Source: Acidimicrobiia bacterium (GTDB lineage Bacteria; Actinomycetota; Acidimicrobiia; Spongiisociales; ZC4RG35). Taken from it: 64,000 nt of DNA. Where the stretch lies: NCBI GenBank assembly GCA_041591895.1, contig JBFHRE010000001.1, forward strand, positions 7,350-71,349. The letters are read 5' to 3'. The translations under genes and the position numbers were made by a program. This document shows, piece by piece, positions 29,989 to 39,597 of the stretch; the stretch's first letter is position 1, and every line of letters begins with the position of its first letter. A model generated the notes under the pieces. The model searched no databases, had not been told where the DNA came from, and saw only the letters and a list, made by a program, of their open reading frames with translations.

Positions 29989-31014
29989 CTAGGAGCCGGC
30001 GAAGAACCAGGTGGCGTCCTCGTATAGGGCAGGGTCGAGCGTGCGGGGCGTGGCACAAGCCGCAGCCAAATCGACTTCGACGATCTCGGAGCCGCGCAGG
30101 GCGACCATGACCCCGGATGCGCCGTTCATCGCCGACTCGGCGGCCCGCACGCCCATTCGGGTGGCGAGCACTCGGTCGAAAGCAGTGGGGGTGCCGCCCC
30201 GCTGGAGATGCCCGAGCACCGTGACCCGCGTCTCGTAGCCCGTAAGTCGCTCCAGTTCGGCACCCACGAAGATGCCCACCCCTCCGAGGCGCTCGAAGCC
30301 AAATGCGTCCCGCCCCTGCTCAATGGTCGCACCGGTGGGCGACGGTGTCCCTTCGGCCACGACCACGATCGAATACGTGCTGCCTCGCTCATGGCGCCGC
30401 CGGATCCGTTCGGCGACCTCGCCGATGTCGTAGTCCTGCTCCGGGACCAGGATGATCTCCGCCCCTCCTGCCATGCCGGCGGCGGCGGCGATCCACCCTG
30501 CCGTGCGCCCCATCACCTCGACGACCATGATCCGGTTGTGTGCCTCGGCCGTGGTGGTGAGCCGATCGATGGCATCCGTGACGATCTGAACGGCGGTGTC
30601 GAACCCGAATGTGACGTCGGTGCCCCCGATGTCATTGTCGATGGTCTTGGGAACACCGACCACGCCGAGTCCCTCCTTCCCGAGACGGGCGGCGGTCCGC
30701 AACGAACCGTCGCCGCCGACGACGATCACCGAATCGATATCGGCAGCCTCGATGGTGGGGCGCAGGGAGGCGAGGCCGTCGCCATGGACGTAGGGATCGA
30801 TGCGTGAGGTGCCGAGGACCGTCCCGCCGCGCCCGATCAGACCCCGGACGTCGTCGCGGCCGAGCGGCCGCCATTTCCCCTCCAGCAGGCCCTGCCAACC
30901 GTTGAGGATCCCCACGGTCCGCACATCGGCACCGGCGCACCGTCCCACCACCGCCCGAATCACTGCGTTGAGGCCGGGGCAGTCGCCGCCGGCGGTGAGG
31001 ATGCCGATCGCCAT
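29989..31014 (-). CDS. pfkA: 6-phosphofructokinase
   Basis: PFK motifs ILTAGGDCPGLNAVIR, VVGGDGS and PKTIDNDI, and MGR. Confidence 0.9.
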   Translation of the reverse strand: MAIGILTAGGDCPGLNAVIRAVVGRCAGADVRTVGILNGWQGLLEGKWRPLGRDDVRGLIGRGGTVLGTSRIDPYVHGDGLASLRPTIEAADIDSVIVVGGDGSLRTAARLGKEGLGVVGVPKTIDNDIGGTDVTFGFDTAVQIVTDAIDRLTTTAEAHNRIMVVEVMGRTAGWIAAAAGMAGGAEIILVPEQDYDIGEVAERIRRRHERGSTYSIVVVAEGTPSPTGATIEQGRDAFGFERLGGVGIFVGAELERLTGYETRVTVLGHLQRGGTPTAFDRVLATRMGVRAAESAMNGASGVMVALRGSEIVEVDLAAACATPRTLDPALYEDATWFFAGS

Positions 31015-31047
31015 CGGCACAACGTATCACCTCGGCTACCACCCGAG

Positions 31048-31917
31048 ATGAGTTGGGGTGCGACCGCGGTACCCTTGGCATTCGTGGAAGACCCCGTCAT
31101 CACTGCTTGCTACCGGCACGCCGATCGCCCGACCGCACTGTCCTGCTCGGAGTGCGGCCGGTTGATCTGTGGCGAATGCTCTACCCAGGCGTCGGTCGGT
31201 CAGCGATGTCCGGAGTGTCTACGAGAACAAGGCCGCCAGGTGATCATCCACGGTCGCCGGATCCGCCAGCGCCCCGGTTTCGCGGATGCGCCCGTGACCT
31301 ATTCGCTGATCGCGATTGCGGTGGCGCTGTATCTGATGTCGCGAGTGCAGCCGGCTTTGTGGGCCGACATCGCCGACCGCCTTGCGATGTGGAACCTGGG
31401 CATCGCCGAGGGGGAGTGGTGGCGAATGCTCACGGTCGTGTTTCTGCATGGCGGCCTGCTCCATGTGGCGTTCAACTCATTGCTCTTGTACCAACTTGGG
31501 CTTCAATTGGAGCGACAGGTGGGGTCGGTGCGGTATGCCGTCATGTTCTTCGCCACGGCCATCGCCGGTTCGGCGGCCGCCTTCTTCCTCGGTAAACCCG
31601 GGGACGTCGGTGTCGGCATGTCGGGAGCCGTGTTCGGGATCGTCGGGGTGTGGCTGGCCTCCGGATACCGGCACCGAAACACCGCTCAGGGCCGCAGGAT
31701 CCTCGACCAGTTGACCGGTTTGGTGCTCCTGAATGCAATCGTCCCGTTCGTGGTTCCCCGGGTCTCATGGCAGGCTCACCTGGGAGGCCTCGCCGGCGGC
31801 TTCTTGCTGGGACAGATGTGGTCGGCGCTCGGTCGGTCCGGGTGGTCCACCGCTGCCGCCCAGCTGGTCAGTGGCGTGCTGGCGGCCGCTCTGCTGGTGG
31901 TCGCCACCCAGCTCTGA
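31048..31917 (+). CDS. rhomboid family intramembrane serine protease with N-terminal zinc ribbon
   Basis: N-terminal CxxC...CxxC pattern (CSECGRLICGEC...CPEC). GxSG catalytic motif (GMSGAVFG) and a catalytic His in a later helix. Confidence 0.8.
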   Translation: MSWGATAVPLAFVEDPVITACYRHADRPTALSCSECGRLICGECSTQASVGQRCPECLREQGRQVIIHGRRIRQRPGFADAPVTYSLIAIAVALYLMSRVQPALWADIADRLAMWNLGIAEGEWWRMLTVVFLHGGLLHVAFNSLLLYQLGLQLERQVGSVRYAVMFFATAIAGSAAAFFLGKPGDVGVGMSGAVFGIVGVWLASGYRHRNTAQGRRILDQLTGLVLLNAIVPFVVPRVSWQAHLGGLAGGFLLGQMWSALGRSGWSTAAAQLVSGVLAAALLVVATQL

Positions 31918-32023
31918 GTCCGGCGCCAGGAGTCGCGGCAAGCTGCTTTTCGCGACCAGGTTCCCCCTTGCCGCGGATGCTATGTTCGGGTGTTCCATAA
32001 TGACATCGTTGTAAGTCCGTCCG

Positions 32024-35000
32024 ATGAGCCGATCGTTCGCCCACCTCCACGTTCACACCGAGTTCTCGATGCTGGACGGCGCCGCGCGGGTCAGCGACGT
32101 CACCAAGGCCGCCGCAGCCGACGGGCAACCGGCCATCGCCATCACCGATCACGGCAACCTGTATGGCGTGGTCGACTTCTACCGGGCGGCCCGAAAGAAC
32201 GGCGTCAAGCCGATTCTGGGTATCGAGGCGTACACGACCCCTGGATCGCGCTTCGAGCGTCCTCCTCGGGGCGGAGATCGACACCACCTTCTTCTCATGG
32301 CGGAGTCGAACGAGGGCTATCGAAACCTGGTCCAGCTGTCCTCCAGGGCGTACCTCGAGGGCTACTACTACAAGCCGCGGATGGACAAGGAGTTGCTCTC
32401 GGCCCATTCGAAGGGCCTCATTGCAACCTCGGCGTGCCTGGGAGGCGAGGTCGCCAAATGGCTTGCTCCCGACGCCTCGCGGGAAGAAGGCAACCAGCGA
32501 TCAGATCGCGATTTCGATGCTGCGCTGGGCGCCGCCGCCGAACTCCAGGACATCTTCGGCAAGGACAACTTCTTCATCGAGCTCCAGGATCACGGGATCG
32601 AGGCCCAGCGGCGGATCCTCCCCGACCTGGTGGAGATCGGCAAGCGCCTCGGGGCACCGCTGGTCGCCACCAATGATGCCCACTACACCAGTCAGTCCGA
32701 GGCAGAGGCACACGACGTGCTGCTGTGTATCCAGACCGGCGCCAACATCGACGAGCCCAATCGCTTCCGTTTCGACGGCGTCGACCATCATCTGAAGACC
32801 GCCGCCGAGATGCGCGCCCTGTTTCCCGAGGCCGAGTACCCCGGTGCGTGTGACAACACGCTCTGGATTGCCGAGCGGGCCGAGGTCGACATCGAGTTCG
32901 GGAACATCCTGCTGCCGGCGTTCCCCGTGCCGGACGGCCACACCGAGCAGTCCTACCTGGAGAAATTGGTGTTCGAGGGTGCCAAGGATCGCTACGGAGA
33001 TCCCCTTCCCGAGGAGGTCCGGGCTCGGATCGCGCTCGAGATCGGGGTCATCGGTGAGATGGGCTTCCCGGCATACTTCCTGATCGTCTGGGATCTGATC
33101 CGCTACGCCCGCGAGAACGGCATCCGCACCGGTCCCGGTCGTGGTTCGGCAGCCGGGTCCATCATCGCCTATTGCCTGCGGATCACCGATCTCGACCCCC
33201 TCCGGTACGGAATGATCTTCGAGCGATTCCTCAACCCTGGTCGCAAGCAGATGCCCGACATCGACATGGACTTCGATGAGCGGTACCGGGCCGATGTCAT
33301 CCGGTACGCGGCCGAGAAGTACGGCTCGGATCACGTCGCCCAGATCATCACGTTCGCCACCATCAAGGGTCGCCAGGCCATCCGGGACGCCGCCCGGGTG
33401 TTCGGTTATCCCTACGCGGTCGGCGACCGAATCGCCAAAGCGATGCCGCAGGCCATCCTCGGGAAAGAGGCGTCGCTCGACCAGTGCTTCGAGGAGCCGG
33501 GCCCGGACTCCGACGCCGACATCAAGGACTGGTACGCGGCTGCCACCGAGCTGCGCCAGATGTACGCGGCGGAGCCGGAGGTCAAGCGAGTCATCGACGC
33601 CGCCAAGGGGCTCGAAGGGTTGCGGCGTCAGGACTCGATCCATGCTGCGGCGGTGGTTATCACCCCGAAGCCGATCACCGAGATCATCCCGATCCAGCAG
33701 AAGGGGGACGGAGCCGAAGTCGTCACACAGTTCGAAATGGGGGCCGTTGAAGCGCTGGGGCTCCTTAAGATGGACTTCCTGGGCCTTCGAAACCTCTCCA
33801 CGATCGAGCGCTGTCTCGAGCTGGTGAAGAAGACCCACGGCGTCGACGTCGACATCGACAACGTCCCGCTCGACGACCAGAAGACGTTCGAGCTCCTGAG
33901 GCGAGCCGACACCATCGGAGTGTTCCAGTTGGAAGGCACCAACATGCGGGCGCTGATCCGGGCTCTCCAGCCGGAGGTCTTCGAGCACATCATCGCCGTC
34001 AACGCCCTCTACCGACCGGGCCCGATGGGCCAGAACATGCACTTCGAGTACGCCGACCGCAAGAACGGACGCAAGCCCGTCTCGTACCCGCATCCGGCAA
34101 CGGAGCCATTCCTCGAGTCGACCTACGGGATCATCACCTACCAGGAACAGGTGATGCAGGTGGCTCGAGATCTCGCCGGGTACTCGATGGCGGAGGCGGA
34201 CAACCTGCGCAAAGCGATGGGCAAGAAGATCAAATCGGTGATGGACGCCGAGAGGGAGAAGTTCGTCGCCGGATGTGTTGCCAACGGTCACCCGGAGAAG
34301 CTCGGCAGGGACCTGTGGGATTCCGTCGAGCCGTTCGCCGGGTACGGATTCAACCTGTCGCACTCGGCGTGTTACGCCTATGTGGCGTTCCAGACCGCCT
34401 TTCTGAAGGCCCACTACCCGGCCGAATACATGGCCGCGCTCCTCACGTCGACCAAGCGGGACAAGGACCGCACGGCCCTGTATCTCAACGAGTGCCGCTC
34501 GATGGGCGTGGACGTTCTGGTTCCCGATGTCAACGAGTCCGATGTCGACTTCACCGTGTCCGACGGAAAGATCCGATTCGGGATGTCGGCCGTCCGCAAC
34601 GTGGGCGAGGGGGTGGTCGAGAAGATCATCGACGCTCGGGCAGACGGTCCGTTCGAGAGCTTCCTCGACTTCTGTGAGCGAGTCGACATCGACGCCCTCA
34701 ACCGCAGGACGATCGAGTCGCTGATCAAGGCGGGGGCGTTCGACCAGCTGGTACCCAGCCGCAAGGCACTCTTCCTGGGATTCGAAGCGGCCGTCGAGGC
34801 GGTGATCACGAGGCGTCGCAACGAGGAAATGGGCCAGTTCTCGCTGTTCGGTGCCGAATCGAGTGTCCACCAGCCGGTGAACCTGGACCTCGGCGCCGAG
34901 GAGTGGTCCCAGAAGACGAAGCTCGGGTTCGAGAAAGAGATGCTCGGTCTCTACATCTCCGATCATCCATTGCTGGGTGCTGCGTCGTCACTGCGAGCGT

Positions 35001-35524
35001 CGGGAGCGGCGAAGGTTCCCTCCCTGTGGGACATGGCCGACGGAGCCAACGTCGTTTTGGGCGGAATCGTCTCCGGCATCACGCGTCGCACGACTCGAGA
35101 CGGCAAGCTGATGCTCTTCTTCGGCCTCGAAGACCTCGAAGGGGCGGTGGAGGTGTTGTGTTACCCGAGGACGGTGTCCGAGGTGGGTCAACTGGTGCAG
35201 GAGGATGCGATCCTGATAGTCGAAGGCAGGCTCGACCATCGCGGCGAGGACATCAAGGTGATAGCTCGCAGTCTCCGTGAGTTGGCGGTCCACACCGACA
35301 GCTCGCTCCGCCTGGAGGTTCCGGCCACACGGATGTCGATGGACACCGTCACCCGTCTGAAGGGGATCCTGGTGAATCACCCCGGGACCGCTCCGGTCAT
35401 GCTCCATATGGTGAATGGGGTGTCACACAAGGTGCTGAAACTGTCCGACGAATACCGGGTGGAGCTGCGATCGGCGCTCTACGCCGAGTTGAGAGAACTA
35501 CTCGGGCCACGAGCCGTAGGTTGA
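32024..35524 (+). CDS. dnaE: DNA polymerase III subunit alpha DnaE
   Basis: 1166 aa with an N-terminal PHP domain (HLHVHTEFSMLDGA), a polymerase core and a C-terminal OB fold. Confidence 0.97.
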   Translation: MSRSFAHLHVHTEFSMLDGAARVSDVTKAAAADGQPAIAITDHGNLYGVVDFYRAARKNGVKPILGIEAYTTPGSRFERPPRGGDRHHLLLMAESNEGYRNLVQLSSRAYLEGYYYKPRMDKELLSAHSKGLIATSACLGGEVAKWLAPDASREEGNQRSDRDFDAALGAAAELQDIFGKDNFFIELQDHGIEAQRRILPDLVEIGKRLGAPLVATNDAHYTSQSEAEAHDVLLCIQTGANIDEPNRFRFDGVDHHLKTAAEMRALFPEAEYPGACDNTLWIAERAEVDIEFGNILLPAFPVPDGHTEQSYLEKLVFEGAKDRYGDPLPEEVRARIALEIGVIGEMGFPAYFLIVWDLIRYARENGIRTGPGRGSAAGSIIAYCLRITDLDPLRYGMIFERFLNPGRKQMPDIDMDFDERYRADVIRYAAEKYGSDHVAQIITFATIKGRQAIRDAARVFGYPYAVGDRIAKAMPQAILGKEASLDQCFEEPGPDSDADIKDWYAAATELRQMYAAEPEVKRVIDAAKGLEGLRRQDSIHAAAVVITPKPITEIIPIQQKGDGAEVVTQFEMGAVEALGLLKMDFLGLRNLSTIERCLELVKKTHGVDVDIDNVPLDDQKTFELLRRADTIGVFQLEGTNMRALIRALQPEVFEHIIAVNALYRPGPMGQNMHFEYADRKNGRKPVSYPHPATEPFLESTYGIITYQEQVMQVARDLAGYSMAEADNLRKAMGKKIKSVMDAEREKFVAGCVANGHPEKLGRDLWDSVEPFAGYGFNLSHSACYAYVAFQTAFLKAHYPAEYMAALLTSTKRDKDRTALYLNECRSMGVDVLVPDVNESDVDFTVSDGKIRFGMSAVRNVGEGVVEKIIDARADGPFESFLDFCERVDIDALNRRTIESLIKAGAFDQLVPSRKALFLGFEAAVEAVITRRRNEEMGQFSLFGAESSVHQPVNLDLGAEEWSQKTKLGFEKEMLGLYISDHPLLGAASSLRASGAAKVPSLWDMADGANVVLGGIVSGITRRTTRDGKLMLFFGLEDLEGAVEVLCYPRTVSEVGQLVQEDAILIVEGRLDHRGEDIKVIARSLRELAVHTDSSLRLEVPATRMSMDTVTRLKGILVNHPGTAPVMLHMVNGVSHKVLKLSDEYRVELRSALYAELRELLGPRAVG

Positions 35525-35694
35525 TGGCGGCCGCGGCCGCCAATCAACCGGTCGCGGGTCGCGAGTCCCGAGTCACGGGCCTCCGGCCACCGGCCACCGG
35601 CCACGGGCCACCAGCTGCCGGCAAGGCAAACGGGGATCGGGGTGGTTGGGTTCATCTGTCCTTGAGCGGCCGGGTGACGACCGGGTCGTTGTCG

Positions 35695-36756
35695 TCAGGA
35701 CCGGGCGGGGGTGTGGGGGTCGCCCCCCACAAGACAGAGCGACATGAGGTCGAATCCATCCGCCGATTCCATCAGACCGGCCAGGCCGTCGATGTCGGTC
35801 GGAGGCTCCGGCCGCCAGGGGATCTTGGTCAGGTCGGTGCGATACCGCCCGGCGAACTCTCCGATCAGGTCCTGCTGACGTTGCGCTTCCCGTCCCCATC
35901 GGGACAGGTTTTCGGCGAGTTCCACCCGCACCCTGCCCGGTCGTGCTCCGATCCAATCCGTCGGAAGCGTTCGGTTGAACACCACCGCCTTAGGGCGGGA
36001 GGCGATTTCCGGCAGCTCCCGGAAGAACCGAACCGCCTCACGGATCGGCGTCGGGTCGGCAGTGGAGACCACGATCGTCGCCGCCTTTCTCATCTGGGAT
36101 TCGATCTCCTTGGAGCGGTGGGCGACGCCGTCATACGTCGTCCTGAGATCCATCAGGAACTCTGCCACTCCTTCGAGGAGCGAGGCACCGAGAACCTGGT
36201 CGCCGATCCGGAGCACCGGTCGCGCCGTTCGGTCGAAGAAGAACCGCCGCCCAGGTAGCCGTCCGCCCGTGAGCCAGCGGAGCAGACGCCCGCCGACGAG
36301 ATCGGTCATCTGTGCCGGCGCGGTGAGGAAGTCGATTCCACCCACGGCGGGCGGCGTGTCGATCACCACCAGTTCCCAGGCACGCGCCTCGACCAGGCGA
36401 GTGGCCTCCTCGGCGGCGGCAAATGACTGAGAGGCCGGGAAATGGTTGCTGGCGGCGGCGAAGAACGGGTTGTCTACAAGTCTGTCAGCCACCGATGGGT
36501 CGGCATAGTTCCTCACGACCCCGGCCCAGGAGGCGCCGGCGTCGATCATCGCCGCCCACAGGTTCTTCTCCGTCGGGTGGGGGGTTGGCTCGGCTCCAAT
36601 CGAGTCCGCCCCCAGGGCGTCGGCCAGCCTCCGAGCCGGATCCACCGTGACCACCAGCGATCTCACGCCATTGCGAGCTGCTGTCACCGCCATTGCCGCC
36701 GACAACGTGGTCTTGCCGACGCCGCCGCCTCCGGTGACGAGCACGGCCCTGGTCAT
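35695..36756 (-). CDS. ArsA/Get3-family ATPase (anion-transporting ATPase-like), second of a tandem pair
   Basis: Deviant Walker A motif VTGGGGVGKTT. Its start overlaps the stop of the upstream paralogue (ATGA at 36753-36756). Resembles one of the Rv3679/Rv3680 pair of M. tuberculosis. Confidence 0.8.
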   Translation of the reverse strand: MTRAVLVTGGGGVGKTTLSAAMAVTAARNGVRSLVVTVDPARRLADALGADSIGAEPTPHPTEKNLWAAMIDAGASWAGVVRNYADPSVADRLVDNPFFAAASNHFPASQSFAAAEEATRLVEARAWELVVIDTPPAVGGIDFLTAPAQMTDLVGGRLLRWLTGGRLPGRRFFFDRTARPVLRIGDQVLGASLLEGVAEFLMDLRTTYDGVAHRSKEIESQMRKAATIVVSTADPTPIREAVRFFRELPEIASRPKAVVFNRTLPTDWIGARPGRVRVELAENLSRWGREAQRQQDLIGEFAGRYRTDLTKIPWRPEPPTDIDGLAGLMESADGFDLMSLCLVGGDPHTPARS

Positions 36757-37601
36757 ACCGAAGCTCCGAGCTTCTCGGACAGACGGACTGCTACCTCGGT
36801 GGGGGTCACAACGCCGAAGAGATACGGAAGATCCAGGTCGGCCGGCAGCTCTCCGCGCCAATGGGCCTGTTCGTCCTGGAGCTGGAGATGAAGTCGCGCC
36901 GCGTCTCCCGCCCTGCCGCTTGGGAGCGACTCGCGATCGGTGCTCAGCACCGGGAGGACGCGGTTCGAGATCACTCGGAGCGCGGCCACCTCGCTCTCCT
37001 CTTTCACCTGGGCCATCGTCTCTTGCGTCTCGGTCACCGGGAGCTCTTCTGGAATCGAGACCAGCGCCAGCGTGGTGCGCTCCTCGAGGATCTCGCGCAT
37101 CCACGCGGCCTGTTCGAGGATCCGTCCCGAGGGGACCAGTTCTCCGATCGTCTTCATCGCTCGGAGATACGAGCCGATCTGGCCGCTGGGGGGCGCGTCG
37201 GCCACGACGAGGTCGTATTCCCCTTGTTGCACCTCGTAGACCACCTTTCCGATGGTCACGATCTCGCGGATCGCCGGTGCGGTCGAAGCCAGGACGTCGA
37301 AGGCGCGGGCAAAAGGGGCGAAGGCCGTCAGGGCGGGGATACCGATCTGGATCTGAAGGTATTCCATCATCGCCTTGGCCCGGTCCACCACCAGGGCCGA
37401 GAGGCCGGGTCTCACCTCGGTCGGTTTGAAATCGAGCGGCGCCGCGCCGAGGTGGGCGGCCAGCCCGCCGCCATCTCCGATCATGGCGATGGCCAAGACC
37501 CGCTTGCCGGCGCGTTGTGCGGCGAGAGCGATCGCCGCCGCAACCGCGGACTTTCCTACCCCGCCCTTCCCTGAGACGAGGACGAGAGGGGAGTCGAACA
37601 C
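36753..37601 (-). CDS. ArsA/Get3-family ATPase, first of a tandem pair
   Basis: Walker A motif VSGKGGVGKS. 282 aa. Confidence 0.8.
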   Translation of the reverse strand: MFDSPLVLVSGKGGVGKSAVAAAIALAAQRAGKRVLAIAMIGDGGGLAAHLGAAPLDFKPTEVRPGLSALVVDRAKAMMEYLQIQIGIPALTAFAPFARAFDVLASTAPAIREIVTIGKVVYEVQQGEYDLVVADAPPSGQIGSYLRAMKTIGELVPSGRILEQAAWMREILEERTTLALVSIPEELPVTETQETMAQVKEESEVAALRVISNRVLPVLSTDRESLPSGRAGDAARLHLQLQDEQAHWRGELPADLDLPYLFGVVTPTEVAVRLSEKLGASV

Positions 37602-37602
37602 G

Positions 37603-37812
37603 TCAGCCGAGCGGGATGCGGATCACGAGCTCGCCACCCTCGACGCTCCAGCCGGCCCTTCCGATGAGCGAGAAGTCCATGAAGTCGGTCTCGGCCTGGC
37701 TGATGAACTTCTTGCGCTCGTCGCCTGCAACCGGCGGAAGCGGCCGACCCTTTACGGCCTCGGCGCGCTCCCGGAATCGGTCGAGGAATGCGTCTACGTC
37801 GAATTCCGTCAT
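37603..37812 (-). CDS. small conserved hypothetical protein (69 aa), first gene of the ArsA-pair operon
   Basis: Its stop lies 1 nt before the start of the first ArsA-like gene. Protein-like composition. No known motif. Confidence 0.5.
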   Translation of the reverse strand: MTEFDVDAFLDRFRERAEAVKGRPLPPVAGDERKKFISQAETDFMDFSLIGRAGWSVEGGELVIRIPLG

Positions 37813-37857
37813 GCGCAGATGCTAAATCAGGTCCGAACGCCGTCGGGCACATCGGGG

Positions 37858-37927
37858 GATCAACTGCTGGAGATCAACTGCTGGAGATCAACTGCTGGAG
37901 ATCAACTGCTGGGGATCAGCTGCTGCC
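37858..37927. repeat. tandem array of a 14-bp unit GATCAACTGCTGGA: three perfect copies, one copy with a single mismatch and one degenerate copy
   Basis: Perfect units at 37858-37871, 37872-37885 and 37886-37899. A 1-mismatch unit at 37900-37913. A degenerate unit at 37914-37927 overlaps the stop codon of the 539-aa gene. Sits in the 103-bp gap between that gene and the small-protein/ArsA operon. Confidence 0.85.
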
Positions 37928-39535
37928 TTGGGCGGAGGCCCGGCGATCCTCTGCCCGTCTCTCCGACTCGAGCCGCTCGAGGTCAACGTCATCGTGGTCG
38001 ACGAACCCCATCGCGTCGGCGATCAATCGATGGCCGGCGACTTCGGCGATCTGTCGGTGCATCTCCTGGGCGACCCGCCGGTAGGCGATGTGTCCGGCCG
38101 GCTGGCTGCGCAACTCGAGCAGGTGGAAGGCCTCTCTCGGGTTCATCTCCATCGAGAACCGCACATTGGCGGCGAATGGCACCACGTACTGAGCTACGTC
38201 GAGTCCCAAGGCACCCGCCAGGTCTTCGTACAGTTCGGCGGCTTCGCCGGTGATGTCATCCCAGATCTGGCCGTAGCCGGCCAGATCGATGTCATCCGGC
38301 AGGTCGAACCCGAGTCGGGTGGTGAAGCGTTGCCATTCCAGGGTGAGCATCCTGTGCCGCTGCAGGTCGCGGAATGCGCCGAAGTCGCACACGACATCGA
38401 ATCGATAGGCGGTCCGCTCGAACGCCCGTCCCGGTTTGTGCCGGCGGTTGTCGCGGTTGCCGATGGCTTCGCGGAGCAGCCGCTCGCGACCGTGGTTGGT
38501 CATGGATGCCACCAGTTGTTGAAGGAAGCCGTCCGACAGCTGGACGTGGGGATAGAGGGCGGCGGCGGCGATCTTCGTCTCTGCGTCCGGGTCCCAGTCG
38601 GTGAGGGTGACGCTCCACCCCTGAGGCTCGGGGTCGACGTCGAACTCGGCGGCGGATTCGTCGAGCCGTTCACCGATCTCCTGTAGATACTGCGACCAGC
38701 GACCCCCCCGATCCGGACGGTCGACACGCGTGAGGAAGGAAGGGATCACCTTCCGGAGCTCCGTCAGCATCATCGTCCCGTATTCGCGGACCTCGGCGAG
38801 AGGATGGGCTTGCATGCGCAGCAGCGACATCTCGTAGGCCTGCCCGGTTCCGTAGATCCCGACGTTTGACAGCGTCGATGCCGGAAGGAGTCCACGGGCG
38901 GCATCGCACGCCTTGGCGCGGATCGTCGACGTCCACACGAAGTTCGAATCGTCGGGTTCCTTGGGAAATCGCTCTTCGTAGACCTGCCGCATGTCATCGA
39001 CCAGGTGTGAGTACACGTCGAAGGTCCGATTCATGAACGCTTCGTACCGATCGGCGAAATGCGACGCCGCGATCTCGGCCGGCACGAGGTATCGATAGCG
39101 GTCTCCGAGCTTGGCGTCGTAGGCGATGTAGCGAGTCGACTGCTCGAGGTATGCGGCCAGACGGCCCCGCTCGAGGACCTTCGTCAACACGTTCGACGCC
39201 TGTTCGCAGGCGAGATGGGTTCCGCCCAACTGGGCGACGGAGTCGTCGCCGTATTCGAAGAACACTCGCTGATACAGCTGTTCGGCCTTGCGAAGATCCA
39301 CCAGCGGGTCGTCGGTCGAGGCGATCAGTTCGATCCCGGTGTCGGGGTCGGCCACGAACTCGTCCAGGAACAGCCGCCGGATCGACTTGGCCGAACGCGA
39401 ATAGCGGGCGAAGAGGGCTCCCTTCACCACCTCGGGGAGGTTGATCAGGGCAAATACAGGGAGGTCGGTGTTGGTGAAGAACCGATGCAGCACCGCCTCT
39501 TCTTCGGCAGTGAAGGTTTCCCGGTGATAGTTCAC
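37916..39535 (-). CDS. conserved hypothetical protein with ThyX (Thy1, flavin-dependent thymidylate synthase)-like motifs, unusually long (539 aa)
   Basis: N-terminal ALFARYSRSAK resembles the ThyX motif A-x-Y-x-x-x-x-K (ARACYQSWSK in M. tuberculosis ThyX). RHRMLTLEWQRF near residue 400 resembles the ThyX RHR...SQRY motif. ThyX is normally about 250 aa. Confidence 0.5.
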   Translation of the reverse strand: MNYHRETFTAEEEAVLHRFFTNTDLPVFALINLPEVVKGALFARYSRSAKSIRRLFLDEFVADPDTGIELIASTDDPLVDLRKAEQLYQRVFFEYGDDSVAQLGGTHLACEQASNVLTKVLERGRLAAYLEQSTRYIAYDAKLGDRYRYLVPAEIAASHFADRYEAFMNRTFDVYSHLVDDMRQVYEERFPKEPDDSNFVWTSTIRAKACDAARGLLPASTLSNVGIYGTGQAYEMSLLRMQAHPLAEVREYGTMMLTELRKVIPSFLTRVDRPDRGGRWSQYLQEIGERLDESAAEFDVDPEPQGWSVTLTDWDPDAETKIAAAALYPHVQLSDGFLQQLVASMTNHGRERLLREAIGNRDNRRHKPGRAFERTAYRFDVVCDFGAFRDLQRHRMLTLEWQRFTTRLGFDLPDDIDLAGYGQIWDDITGEAAELYEDLAGALGLDVAQYVVPFAANVRFSMEMNPREAFHLLELRSQPAGHIAYRRVAQEMHRQIAEVAGHRLIADAMGFVDHDDVDLERLESERRAEDRRASAQGSS

Positions 39536-39597
39536 GAGACGGATTCTACGGCTTGCCGAGGGGAGGTCGTCGGTGGGGGTAACGTGGCCGTCTCCAT

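Noticed and set aside
32501-34966. 821-aa ORF on the minus strand
   Set aside because: It is entirely antisense to dnaE. Its composition is Arg/Gly/Pro-rich and typical of the wrong-frame artefacts seen in high-GC DNA. No motifs.
39059-39535. 5' part of the 273-aa plus-strand ORF 39059-39880
   Set aside because: This portion is antisense to the ThyX-like gene. Only the segment after 39598, which has its own ATG beyond the ThyX-like gene boundary, was kept as a possible small membrane protein.
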